Source: Candidatus Omnitrophota bacterium
GTDB lineage: Bacteria > Omnitrophota > Omnitrophia > Omnitrophales > Aquincolibacteriaceae
Reading direction: 5' to 3'
DNA: 64,000 bases
Assembly (NCBI GenBank): GCA_022709525.1
Contig: JAKLIQ010000003.1
Coordinates: 129,771-193,770 of the forward strand
The translations under genes and the position numbers were made by a program. Under the pieces are notes generated by a model. It saw only the letters and a program-made list of their open reading frames with translations, did not search any database and was not told where the DNA came from. Positions 1 through 8,449 of this stretch are shown here, piece by piece; within the stretch, counting starts at the first letter, position 1, and every line of letters starts with the position of its first letter.

Positions 1-2
1 CC

Positions 3-147
3 GAAAAACATCCGGCGAAAGAATCCGCCAAGTCCGCGGATGTTAAAAAAGAATCCGCGCCGGCAAAACCGGATGAGAAAAAAGATGCCGAGAAAAAAGG
101 CGGTTTCCTGGGCAAGCTCAGGAAATTCCTTAAAGGCGACGACAAGT
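3..147 (+). CDS. C-terminal fragment of an upstream gene; K/E-rich tail (…EKHPAKESAKSADVKKESAPAKPDEKKDAEKKGGFLGKLRKFLKGDDK*)
   Basis: Open frame 3 running in from the window edge, ending at TAA 145-147; 16 bp later the next gene starts with an RBS (aaggag). Confidence 0.3.
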
Positions 148-163
148 AAGGAGTTCTTTCCTT

Positions 164-1330
164 ATGGAACTTTCAAAAAAAGTCCTGGCCGTAAAACCCT
201 CGGTTACGCTTGAGATCGCCGCCAAGGCGAAGGCCATGAAAGGGCAGGGGATCGACGTGATCTCTCTTAGCGCGGGCGAGCCTGATTTTGATACGCCCGC
301 TTTCATCAAGGAAGCGGCGATCGAATCCCTCAAAAAAGGGAACACCAAATACACTCCCGTTCCCGGCACGCTGGAGCTTCGCCAGGCTGTTTGCCGCAAA
401 CTCAAAAGGGACCAAGGGCTTGAGTTCGCGCCCGACCAGATCGTGGTCGGCTGCGGCGCCAAACATGTGATCTTCAATGTGCTTTTTGCGCTGCTTAATC
501 CCGGTGACGAAGTTCTGATCCCTTCCCCGTATTGGCTGAGCTACCCCGAGATGGTCACGGTGCTCGGCGGGACAAGTGTTTTTATCCCGACGGATGAAAA
601 AACGAATTTTAAGATCACACCGCCCGCGCTCGAAAAAGCGATCACGCCAAGGTCGAAGATCCTGATCCTCAATTCACCCTCGAATCCTACGGGCGCGGTC
701 TACACCCAGGAGGAGCTTTTAGCGCTTTGCGCCGTACTCCGCAAACATCCTCAAGTGCTTGTGTTAAGCGACGAGATCTACGAAAAGTTGATCTTTGACG
801 GCCTGAAGCATGTTTCGATCGCGTCTTTGGATCCCGAGATCGCCAAACGCACCGTGATCGTGAATGGCCACAGCAAGGCCTACGCGATGACCGGCTGGCG
901 CTTGGGATACGCCGCGATCCCGGAAAAGACGCTCGCGAAAGCCGTGGAAAGCATCCAAAGCCATTCCACCTCCAATCCTGTTTCTTTTACGCAGCCGGGA
1001 GCGGTCGTCGCGCTTGATCAAGGCGATCAGGAAGCCGGGAAAATGCGCGAAGTGTTCCAAAAGCGCCGCGATCTTTTTATTTCTCTGCTGAAAAAATCCG
1101 TGCCGTCTTTCAAGCCCTTCAAATCGAACGGCGCGTTCTATCTTTTCACCGATATCAGCGGCACCGGTTTAAGCGGTTTTGAAGTCGCCAAGAAACTTCT
1201 CGATGAAGTTCATGTCGCAGTGATCCCTTGCGAACCTTTCGGTAGCGCCCAGCACATCCGCATGAGCTACGCGTGTTCCGAAAAGGACATCGAAGCCGCC
1301 GTAACCCGCATTGCTTCTATCTTTAAATAA
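164..1330 (+). CDS. Class I/II PLP-dependent aminotransferase (aspartate aminotransferase-like)
   Basis: 388 aa; motifs SPSNPTGAVYT and NGHSKAYAMTGWRLGY (PLP-lysine region) typical of AspAT family. Confidence 0.85.
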   Translation: MELSKKVLAVKPSVTLEIAAKAKAMKGQGIDVISLSAGEPDFDTPAFIKEAAIESLKKGNTKYTPVPGTLELRQAVCRKLKRDQGLEFAPDQIVVGCGAKHVIFNVLFALLNPGDEVLIPSPYWLSYPEMVTVLGGTSVFIPTDEKTNFKITPPALEKAITPRSKILILNSPSNPTGAVYTQEELLALCAVLRKHPQVLVLSDEIYEKLIFDGLKHVSIASLDPEIAKRTVIVNGHSKAYAMTGWRLGYAAIPEKTLAKAVESIQSHSTSNPVSFTQPGAVVALDQGDQEAGKMREVFQKRRDLFISLLKKSVPSFKPFKSNGAFYLFTDISGTGLSGFEVAKKLLDEVHVAVIPCEPFGSAQHIRMSYACSEKDIEAAVTRIASIFK

Positions 1331-1399
1331 TCCCGCCAAACAGTCCTCTTTCTTGGAAAATCAGGACGCGATCTTTGTGTTAGAATACCTTTTCTACGG

Positions 1400-1492
1400 A
1401 CCCCGTTAGATCTTTGACGGGGCGGTGACCATTTCAACTAGCGCAGTTAAAATGGTTCATGACGAGTTATGAAATAGGAGATCTAACGGGGT
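1400..1492. repeat. Inverted-repeat mini-element copy A (ACCCCGTTAGATCT ... AGATCTAACGGGGT), no ORF
   Basis: 1401-1413 CCCCGTTAGATCT is the exact reverse complement of 1479-1491 AGATCTAACGGGG; same termini as copies at 8158, 34498, 55687. Confidence 0.6.
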
Positions 1493-3407
1493 GGAGATCA
1501 AACGGCTTAAAGTCAACACCCAGATCGGGATCGGGGAGCTCGAAGCGCTTTTGGCAGAGCTTCATTACCAGAAAAGAGAATATGTCGCTTTGCCGGGGGA
1601 GTTCGCCGTGCGGGGCGGCACAGTCGATATTTATCCCGTAACTTACCGCCTTCCAGTCCGGATCCAGCTCCACGGCGACACGTTGGCCCAGATCCGTGAT
1701 TTCTCGCCCGCTTCCGGCGAAAGCACCGCGGTCTTTGAAGAAGTCTTTCTGATCGAAGTCTCCGACCTTTTCCGCAAAAAACTCCGTCGCATGGAAGAAC
1801 GCCTCGAAACTTTCGAGCCCGTTGCCGGCACGAAAGACCTCGAACGCGGCGATCTCGTCGTCCATCTCAAGTACGGCATCGGCCGTTTTCTCGGCACCAA
1901 AGTCATCCAAATGCAAAAGGTGCGCACCCGCTGCATGGCGATCGAATATGCTGACCGCGAGATCCTCTATCTTTCCATGGAAGAACCCGTCGAGCGCTAC
2001 ATCGGCGGCTCCGGCGTTTCTCCGAAACTTACCAAACTCAACACCCAAGAATGGGAACGGATCAAACACCGGACGCGGACGGCGCTTCACAAAGTCGCCC
2101 AAGACCTGCTGCAGATCCAGGCCAAACGCAGTCTTCTGAAAGGCCTGGCTTTTCCCAAGGACACGCCGTGGCAGCGTGAATTCGAGGAGGAATTCCCGTT
2201 CGAAGAAACGCCGGGACAAAAACGCGCGATCGAGGAAGTTAAACGCGATATGGAATCCGACGGGCCCATGGACCGGCTGCTTTGCGGGGATGTGGGTTAC
2301 GGCAAAACCGAAGTCGCGATGCGGGCCGCCTTCAAAGCGGTCATGGGAGGCAAGCAGGCCGCGTTCCTGGTGCCGACCACGATCCTGGCCGAACAGCATT
2401 ATATTTTACTCAAAGACCGCACCAAAAACTTTCCGGCGTCGGTCGGCCTTCTTTCAAGATTTCAAACGCCGCGGGAGCAAAAAGCGATCGTCAAAGCGCT
2501 CCGGGAGGGTGCGATGGATATTGTGATCGGGACCCACCGCCTCCTTTCCAAAGACATCCAGTTCAAGGACCTCGGCCTTGTGATCATTGATGAGGAACAG
2601 CGTTTCGGCGTCCGCCATAAAGAAAAGCTCAAACAAATGCGCACGCAGGTGGACGTTCTGACGCTTACCGCCACGCCGATCCCGAGGACGCTCCATATGG
2701 CGCTTCTGGGGGTCCGGGATATGTCGGTGATCGATACGCCGCCGGAAAACCGGTTGCCGATCGAAACTTTTGTGATGGAATATCACGAGAATATCGTCAA
2801 ACAGGCCATCGAACGGGAACTTGTCCGCAAGGGGCAGGTCTATTTTGTCCACAACCGCGTCCAATCCATCGAGCGGGTCCATGAAAGACTCAAGAAACTT
2901 CTGCCCGCCGTCCGGTTCGGCGTGATGCACGGGCAGATGAAAGTCGAGATGCTCGAGGGCGTTATGAAACAGTTCCTTAAAGGGGAGATTGATTGCCTTA
3001 TTTCGACCAACATCGTGGAATCCGGCATTGATATCCCGAACGTGAATACTTTGATCGTGGACCGGGCCGATTGCTTTGGCTTGGCCGATCTTTACCAGCT
3101 GCGCGGACGGGTCGGGCGTTTCAAGGAAAAACGGCAGGCCTTCGCCTATTTTTTGATCCCGAAGAACTGGGTCATGACCCAGGACGCGCAGAAGCGGCTT
3201 CACGCCATCGAAAAATTCACGCAACTCGGCTCGGGATTCAAGATCGCGATGGAAGACCTTGAGATCCGCGGAACCGGGAACCTGCTCGGGCACGAGCAAA
3301 GCGGCTTTATCCAGGCCGTCGGGTTCGATCTCTACTGCAAAATGCTTAAAAAAGCGGTCGAAGAGCAGAAAAGCAGTAGCTCGGGACTCGGGACTCGATC
3401 TTTGTAA
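1491..3407 (+). CDS. mfd: Transcription-repair coupling factor Mfd, short form (638 aa; RID + translocase modules only)
   Basis: CarD/TRCF RNAP-interacting motif GDLVVHLKYGIGRFLG; SF2 helicase motifs LLCGDVGYGKTEVA, DEEQRFGV, TLTATPIPRTL; TRG-region IRGTGNLLGHEQSGF. GTG start lies inside right IR of copy A, AGGAG at 1476-1480. Confidence 0.8.
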   Translation: MEIKRLKVNTQIGIGELEALLAELHYQKREYVALPGEFAVRGGTVDIYPVTYRLPVRIQLHGDTLAQIRDFSPASGESTAVFEEVFLIEVSDLFRKKLRRMEERLETFEPVAGTKDLERGDLVVHLKYGIGRFLGTKVIQMQKVRTRCMAIEYADREILYLSMEEPVERYIGGSGVSPKLTKLNTQEWERIKHRTRTALHKVAQDLLQIQAKRSLLKGLAFPKDTPWQREFEEEFPFEETPGQKRAIEEVKRDMESDGPMDRLLCGDVGYGKTEVAMRAAFKAVMGGKQAAFLVPTTILAEQHYILLKDRTKNFPASVGLLSRFQTPREQKAIVKALREGAMDIVIGTHRLLSKDIQFKDLGLVIIDEEQRFGVRHKEKLKQMRTQVDVLTLTATPIPRTLHMALLGVRDMSVIDTPPENRLPIETFVMEYHENIVKQAIERELVRKGQVYFVHNRVQSIERVHERLKKLLPAVRFGVMHGQMKVEMLEGVMKQFLKGEIDCLISTNIVESGIDIPNVNTLIVDRADCFGLADLYQLRGRVGRFKEKRQAFAYFLIPKNWVMTQDAQKRLHAIEKFTQLGSGFKIAMEDLEIRGTGNLLGHEQSGFIQAVGFDLYCKMLKKAVEEQKSSSSGLGTRSL

Positions 3408-3441
3408 ACGGGTCCCGAGGTACGAGTCCCTTTTTCACCTT
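3385..3441 (+). terminator. Hairpin cluster + T-run after mfd (tandem cgggact repeats; GGGACTCG…CGAGTCCC then TTTTT)
   Basis: GGGACTCG (two overlapping copies) pairs with CGAGTCCC at 3429-3436 followed by ttttt; inner CTCGGGAC/GTCCCGAG also complementary. Confidence 0.4.
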
Positions 3442-3463
3442 AGTTATTGTATAATGCTTCCCT

Positions 3464-4447
3464 ATGAAACGTCTTTTGCTGATCTCCATCATGTTATTCG
3501 TTCTGGAAATGCCGAAATGTTTGCCGCCTGTTCAAGCCGCCGAAGAAGAGCTCTTGGACCGCGTGGTGGCTGTGGTCAACGATGAAGTCATTACCCAGGC
3601 GGAGCTCGATACTTTTTTAAGGCCCGTGTACGAGGAATACAGAAAAGAATACAGTGGCGAAGCCCTGATCAAGGCCGTTAATGAGGTCCGCCAGAAGATC
3701 CTGAACCAGATGATCGAAGATAAGCTGGTCTATCAGGAGGCGGTCCGCCAGGAAATCGTGGTCAAAGACGAGGAAGTCGACAAGGAATTCGAGGAATTCA
3801 AATCCAGGCTCGAGAAGCCCGAAGATCTCGAGATGATGCTCGAGCGGGAAGGACTTACCTTAAAAGCGCTTCGAGAGCGTCTTAAAAAACAGGCCATGAT
3901 CCGTCAGTTGCAGGACCGCGAGGTCCGATCCCGGGTGGTCGTTTCTCCGACGGAAGTGGAGGACTTCTTCAGGAATAATCCCGATAAGTTCAAGGCGAAA
4001 GAGCGCATCAAGGTCCGCTCTCTTACGATCAAAAAAAGCGAAGAAGCCCGCTCCAAAGGGCTGACGGACGAAAAAGCGAAGCAGCGGATCGAGCTTTTGC
4101 AACAAAAGATCAAGCTTTACCGGAATTTCGATCAGATCGTGAAGGATTTTTCGGAGGACAGTCTTGCGAAACAGGAAGGCCTCGGGGACTGGATCGAACG
4201 CGGTACCATGATCGAATCGGTCGATAACGTGATCTTCAATACGCCGGTCGGACAAATGACCGGCATTGTGGAAACGCCCATCGGTTACCACATCTTCCGC
4301 ATCGAAGCCAAAGAACCCGAAAAGACGAGGACTTTTGAAGAGGTTAAAGACCAGATCGGCGGGTATCTCTTCCAGCAGGAAAGTAACGAACGTTTTCGCG
4401 CCTGGATGGAAGAGCTTAAGAAGTTGGCTTATATTTCCATAAAGTAA
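3464..4447 (+). CDS. surA: SurA-like periplasmic chaperone/PPIase (one parvulin domain), signal peptide
   Basis: N-terminal signal peptide MKRLLLISIMLFVL…; parvulin motif GYHIFRIE; conserved surA-pdxA-ksgA gene order. Confidence 0.7.
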   Translation: MKRLLLISIMLFVLEMPKCLPPVQAAEEELLDRVVAVVNDEVITQAELDTFLRPVYEEYRKEYSGEALIKAVNEVRQKILNQMIEDKLVYQEAVRQEIVVKDEEVDKEFEEFKSRLEKPEDLEMMLEREGLTLKALRERLKKQAMIRQLQDREVRSRVVVSPTEVEDFFRNNPDKFKAKERIKVRSLTIKKSEEARSKGLTDEKAKQRIELLQQKIKLYRNFDQIVKDFSEDSLAKQEGLGDWIERGTMIESVDNVIFNTPVGQMTGIVETPIGYHIFRIEAKEPEKTRTFEEVKDQIGGYLFQQESNERFRAWMEELKKLAYISIK

Positions 4448-4466
4448 AAAGGATGGAGGCTGGCGG

Positions 4467-5501
4467 ATGGCGGATGGAGTAAAAACGGCTCTGCGAAAAC
4501 GCCCTCCGGTTGTTGCGATCACCATGGGCGATCCCGGCGGGATCGGCCCCGAGATCGCCGTGAAAGCTCTCAAAAAAGAAAGACCCGGCTCCCGCTGCGC
4601 TTATCTTTTGATCGGCTCGAAAAAGGTTTTTGAAATTCTTCGTAAAAAAACAAAACTTTCTCTTCCTTCCCAAACCCTTTCCTCCGTCGCGCCGGGTTCG
4701 CTTCGTCCGGGACATGTTTATTTTCTGGATATCGCTCCTTCGGTTTCGGGTGCCGGAACTTTCAAGATCGGAAAATTATATAAAGAGAATGGCCGGCTCG
4801 CGCTCGCCGCGATCGCGAAAGCGGCCACCCTTGCCCGCCAAAAGATCGTAGATGCGGTTGTCACCGCGCCGGTGAATAAAGCCGCTGTGCGCCTCGTTGA
4901 CCGGCATTTTATCGGACACACGGAATTCCTGGCCCAAAAAGCGGGAAGCCGCCGTTTTGCCATGATGTTCGTCAGTCCCCGGCTTAACGTCACGCTCGCA
5001 ACGATCCACGTTCCGCTCAAAAAGATCAGCGGCCTTCTGACGGCGAGATCCATCCTCGAAAAAATGACGCTGACGGACGCGATGCTGCGGCGGGGCCTGA
5101 AGATCCCAAGGCCCAGGATCGCTGTGTGCGCCTTAAACCCTCACGGGAAAGAATGCGGCGACGAAGAGGAGAAGATCATCGCGCCCGCGGTTCGCGCCGC
5201 GCGCCGTAGAGGTATTCGTGCATTTGGGCCGTTTTCTGCCGATCTTTTGTTCCACGCTGCTTATCACGGCAGATACGATGCCCTTATCAGCATGTATCAT
5301 GATCAGGCGCTTGGGCCATTCAAACTAGTCGCGTTCCATGACGGCGTCAATGTAACGCTCGGTCTTCCTTATGTCCGGACCTCGCCCGATCACGGTACGG
5401 CTTTTGATATCGCTTATCAGGGGAAAGCCGATCCTTCTTCGATGCTTGCCGCGCTCCGCCTTGCCAAAAAAGCCGTTTTGAAGCAATGCTCACGCAAGTA
5501 G
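4467..5501 (+). CDS. pdxA: 4-hydroxythreonine-4-phosphate dehydrogenase PdxA
   Basis: AITMGDPGGIGPEI, GHTEFLA, HDQALGPFK motifs; synteny. Confidence 0.85.
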   Translation: MADGVKTALRKRPPVVAITMGDPGGIGPEIAVKALKKERPGSRCAYLLIGSKKVFEILRKKTKLSLPSQTLSSVAPGSLRPGHVYFLDIAPSVSGAGTFKIGKLYKENGRLALAAIAKAATLARQKIVDAVVTAPVNKAAVRLVDRHFIGHTEFLAQKAGSRRFAMMFVSPRLNVTLATIHVPLKKISGLLTARSILEKMTLTDAMLRRGLKIPRPRIAVCALNPHGKECGDEEEKIIAPAVRAARRRGIRAFGPFSADLLFHAAYHGRYDALISMYHDQALGPFKLVAFHDGVNVTLGLPYVRTSPDHGTAFDIAYQGKADPSSMLAALRLAKKAVLKQCSRK

Positions 5502-6343
5502 AGCTTCTTAAAAAATACAATCTTCGCATCCGCGGCCATCTCGGACAGCATCTCCTGATGGATCCCAACACGATCCGCAAGATCGTGGACGCCCTTGATC
5601 TTAAACCCGGTGAACGCGTTTTAGAGATAGGCCCCGGCCTTGGCGCCGTGACACAGGAAATCCTGAAACGGGGTTTTTCGTTGCTTGCGGTGGAAAAAGA
5701 CAGGAAATTCGTCGAGATCCTTCAAACCGAACTCGCGCCAGCATATGCCGGAAAATTTACGTTGGTCCACGGCGATATCCTGGAAAATAATCTGACAAAA
5801 ACTCTTCAGGAATGGGCGGGGCAAGGCCCGAAAGTCAAAGCGGTCGGCAATTTACCTTACTATATCAGCACGCCGATCCTTTTTCACCTCATCGAGCATG
5901 CGAAAAATTTTTCAAAAGCCGTGCTCATGCTCCAAAAAGAGGTTGCGGCGAGACTTACGGCGAAACCGGGGGAGGATGATTATGGCCGGCTGAGCGTGAC
6001 AACCCGCTTTTACGGAGAAACGAAGTTTCTTTTTGATGTTTCACCCGCCTGTTTTTTGCCCCGGCCGGAAGTCATGTCGCGCGTTATCGCGTTCACTTTC
6101 CGTTCGTTCGCGCCCGGGATATCCACCGTTTATGAAAAGAAATTCTTAGAACTTGTCCAGATCGCTTTCAGCCAGCGGCGCAAGACCCTTCTTTCGCTGC
6201 TTGCCAACGGGTTCAAGCCCCGGAAAAACCGCAAAGACCTGGAGCGTATTTTCCAGGATCTGGGTTTTGCTTTAAATGCCAGGGGGGAAACGCTCTCCCT
6301 GGAGGAATTTCTCTCCCTCTCGGGCCGCCTGGAAGCCGTTTAA
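5486..6343 (+). CDS. rsmA: 16S rRNA (adenine1518/1519-N6)-dimethyltransferase RsmA/KsgA
   Basis: GQHLLMDPNTIRKIV, LEIGPGLGAVT, GNLPYYISTPILFHL. Confidence 0.85.
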   Translation: MLTQVELLKKYNLRIRGHLGQHLLMDPNTIRKIVDALDLKPGERVLEIGPGLGAVTQEILKRGFSLLAVEKDRKFVEILQTELAPAYAGKFTLVHGDILENNLTKTLQEWAGQGPKVKAVGNLPYYISTPILFHLIEHAKNFSKAVLMLQKEVAARLTAKPGEDDYGRLSVTTRFYGETKFLFDVSPACFLPRPEVMSRVIAFTFRSFAPGISTVYEKKFLELVQIAFSQRRKTLLSLLANGFKPRKNRKDLERIFQDLGFALNARGETLSLEEFLSLSGRLEAV

Positions 6344-6402
6344 AACGAGCCCGAAATATCCCTCAAGCGGCAAGAGGTTTTTGTTATAATACAGGCCTCC
6401 TT

Positions 6403-7410
6403 ATGAAAACAACCCTGACTTTGGAAGATATTTATACGCCTGTCCGCGAAGCTTTAAGGAGGATTCCCGCGCTCATTCAGGAAACCCTCCAGACGCCGAA
6501 CAAGCAGATCCGGGAGATCGTTGACTACTTTTTTTCGAAGAACGGGAAATTCTTGCGTCCCGCTTTGCTGCTCTTGGGCGCCGGGCTGGCCCGTTCTCTC
6601 CGGGAAGATGCCGCCGTTCTTTCTGAAAAGAACGAAACAAACGAACTTCATCTGGCATCCGCGACCGAGATCTTTCACGCGGCGACCCTCATCCATGACG
6701 ACATCATCGATTCGGCGCGTCTTCGCCGCGGCATTCCGACGCTCAACGTGAAATGGGGGCCGCAAACCGCGGTGCTCGTGGGGGATTTTTTCCATGACCG
6801 CGCGATGGGCGAGATCTTCCATTACGGGAACGAAAAGATCATCCCGCTTTTTTTAAGGACCGCCGGCGAGATCTGCGACGGGGAAGTCCATGAATTGAAC
6901 GAAAAGAACAATGTCGACCTTCAGGAATCCGCGCATCTTGAGATCATCCGCAAAAAAACGGCTTCCCTTCTTGCCTGCTCGCTCGAGACGGGCGCTTGCG
7001 TTTGGGGGCTGGATGACAAGCGGCTTGCGGCGCTCAGGAATTTCGGCATCTTCTTTGGCATGGCTTTTCAGATCATCGATGATTGTTTGGATTTTACGGG
7101 CGAGGAACGGGAATTCGGGAAATTTCTTGGCGGCGATCTCGAAGAAGGGGTGTACACGCTTCCCGTGATCCGCCTCCTGGGCTCGGCCGATCGCCTCAAA
7201 GCGGTCGAGCTGTTGCGGGATTCCAAAGGCAGCAAAAGATTCGGTATGCTTTTGGAACTGCTTCGCAAGAACGGCGCGTTGGAATACGCCAGGGAAAAAG
7301 CGCGCATGTTCATTGAAAAAGCTCGCCTTGAGCTTCAGAATTTTCCGGACTCGATCTACCGTGCGAGTCTCGAGCAGCTGGCGGATTATGTTCTAGAGCG
7401 GCACCGTTGA
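6403..7410 (+). CDS. Trans-polyprenyl diphosphate synthase (IspB/hepta-octaprenyl type)
   Basis: Two aspartate-rich motifs LIHDDIIDSARLRRG and FQIIDDCLDF. Confidence 0.8.
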   Translation: MKTTLTLEDIYTPVREALRRIPALIQETLQTPNKQIREIVDYFFSKNGKFLRPALLLLGAGLARSLREDAAVLSEKNETNELHLASATEIFHAATLIHDDIIDSARLRRGIPTLNVKWGPQTAVLVGDFFHDRAMGEIFHYGNEKIIPLFLRTAGEICDGEVHELNEKNNVDLQESAHLEIIRKKTASLLACSLETGACVWGLDDKRLAALRNFGIFFGMAFQIIDDCLDFTGEEREFGKFLGGDLEEGVYTLPVIRLLGSADRLKAVELLRDSKGSKRFGMLLELLRKNGALEYAREKARMFIEKARLELQNFPDSIYRASLEQLADYVLERHR

Positions 7411-7416
7411 CCTTTT

Positions 7417-8115
7417 ATGCTGACTATTGTTCCGACGCCGATCGGCCATCTTTCAGATATCACGCTCCGGGCGCTCGAGGCCTTGAAGAGCGCGGATATG
7501 GTTCTTTGCGAGGACACGCGCCAGACACAGAAGCTTTTGCAGCATTATGGGATCGCGAAACCCCTTTTCAGCTATCACGAGCACAGTTCTGCGCGGAAGA
7601 CCGATGAGATCATTTCGCTTTTAAAGGAAGGAAAGCGCCTCGCGCTCGTTTCAGACGGTGGCACGCCGCTTGTCTCCGATCCGGGATTCCAAGCGGTTCA
7701 TGCGGCGATCGCGGAGGGATTGCCGCTTGAGGTATTGCCGGGTCCTTCGGCCGTCATGACAGCCCTTGTGGCAAGCGGTCTTCCGACCGACAGCTTCAGT
7801 TTTTTAGGGTTTCTTTCGAACAAGGGGCAGAAACGGAAAAACGAGCTCAAAGCGTTAGCGGAGCGGGAAGAAACGCTGATCTTTTTTGAATCGCCCTTTC
7901 GGATCGTCAAGGCATTAGAAGATATGTTCCATGTTTTAGGGGATCGCGAAGCCGCGGTCGCGCGGGAACTTACAAAAAAATTCGAGGAGATCCTCCGCGG
8001 GCCTTTGTCGGAGCTGATACAGGATATGATAAAAAAACCGCGCAAAGGTGAAATGGTGGTGTTGGTAGCCGGCAAGGACCGGAAGAGCGTTTTGCCGAAA
8101 AGGAGCCAAGCATGA
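7417..8115 (+). CDS. rsmI: 16S rRNA 2'-O-ribose C1402 methyltransferase RsmI (tetrapyrrole-methylase fold)
   Basis: MLTIVPTPIGHLSDITLRALEALKSADMVLCEDTRQTQKLL N-terminus typical of RsmI. Confidence 0.8.
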   Translation: MLTIVPTPIGHLSDITLRALEALKSADMVLCEDTRQTQKLLQHYGIAKPLFSYHEHSSARKTDEIISLLKEGKRLALVSDGGTPLVSDPGFQAVHAAIAEGLPLEVLPGPSAVMTALVASGLPTDSFSFLGFLSNKGQKRKNELKALAEREETLIFFESPFRIVKALEDMFHVLGDREAAVARELTKKFEEILRGPLSELIQDMIKKPRKGEMVVLVAGKDRKSVLPKRSQA

Positions 8116-8174
8116 AACGGATCGCTTTTTTAGTGTCCGGCAGCGGGACGAATATGGACCCCGTTAGAGATTGA
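8112..8174 (+). pseudogene. purN: Orphaned original 5' end of purN (MKRIAFLVSGSGTNM + DPVRD*), cut off by element insertion
   Basis: ATG overlaps rsmI stop (ATGA); 13/15 aa identical to start of intact purN at 8446; frame runs into left IR and stops at TGA 8172-8174. Confidence 0.55.
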
Positions 8175-8438
8175 GTGTGATGTATTACACTTATGTTTTG
8201 AGAAGTAAAAAGGATGGTCGATTGTACACAGGTTATGCTTCAGATTTACAGAAGCGCTTCAAACAACATAATGCTGGTGAAGTGCCCGCCACTAAATTCA
8301 GGAGGCCTTTGGAACTCATTTACTGTGAAGCATGTGTTCGTGCGGAAGATGCCAGGGCAAGAGAAAGATACTTGAAAACTGGAATGGGGAAACGATATTT
8401 ACGGAATCGTTTGAAGCGCTTCTTATCTCTAACGGGGT
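8158..8438 (+). mobile_element. GIY-YIG-encoding element bounded by perfect 14-bp inverted repeats (ACCCCGTTAGAGAT / ATCTCTAACGGGGT)
   Basis: 8158-8171 and 8425-8438 are exact reverse complements; interior AT-rich vs host; interrupts purN; same termini found ORF-less at 4 other sites. Confidence 0.55.
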
Positions 8439-8449
8439 GGAAAACATGA
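8180..8449 (+). CDS. Small GIY-YIG nuclease-superfamily protein, YhbQ/UPF0213-like (89 aa)
   Basis: MYYTYVLRSKKDGRLYTGYASDLQKRFKQHN…YCEACVRAEDARARERYLK matches GIY…YTG…D…R…QH pattern of YhbQ family (from memory); ORF reads through right IR and stops at purN ATG. Confidence 0.75.
   Translation: MYYTYVLRSKKDGRLYTGYASDLQKRFKQHNAGEVPATKFRRPLELIYCEACVRAEDARARERYLKTGMGKRYLRNRLKRFLSLTGWKT

Noticed and set aside
1467-2399. Long minus-strand ORFs antisense to mfd (1467..2399, 2454..3299) and similar antisense ORFs across the window (9501..10259, 12822..13817, 15610..16413, 45164..46039, 51984..52730, 57120..57794, 57638..58417, 60488..61420)
   Set aside because: Each lies fully inside a plus-strand gene with clear conserved motifs. 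High GC content generates long spurious antisense frames, and their translations are low-complexity R/G/P-rich with no recognisable motifs.
6386-6391. TATAAT hexamer 11 bp before the polyprenyl synthase ATG
   Set aside because: It is too close to the start codon for a normal -10 element and has no -35 partner. This is probably chance in a short AT-rich patch.
8332-8445. Upstream extension of purN ORF (start 8332, MCSCGRCQGKRK…)
   Set aside because: That extension reads through the C-terminal part of the GIY-YIG gene and the right inverted repeat in another frame. The conserved PurN N-terminus MKRLAFLVSG starts at ATG 8446 with an SD just upstream.
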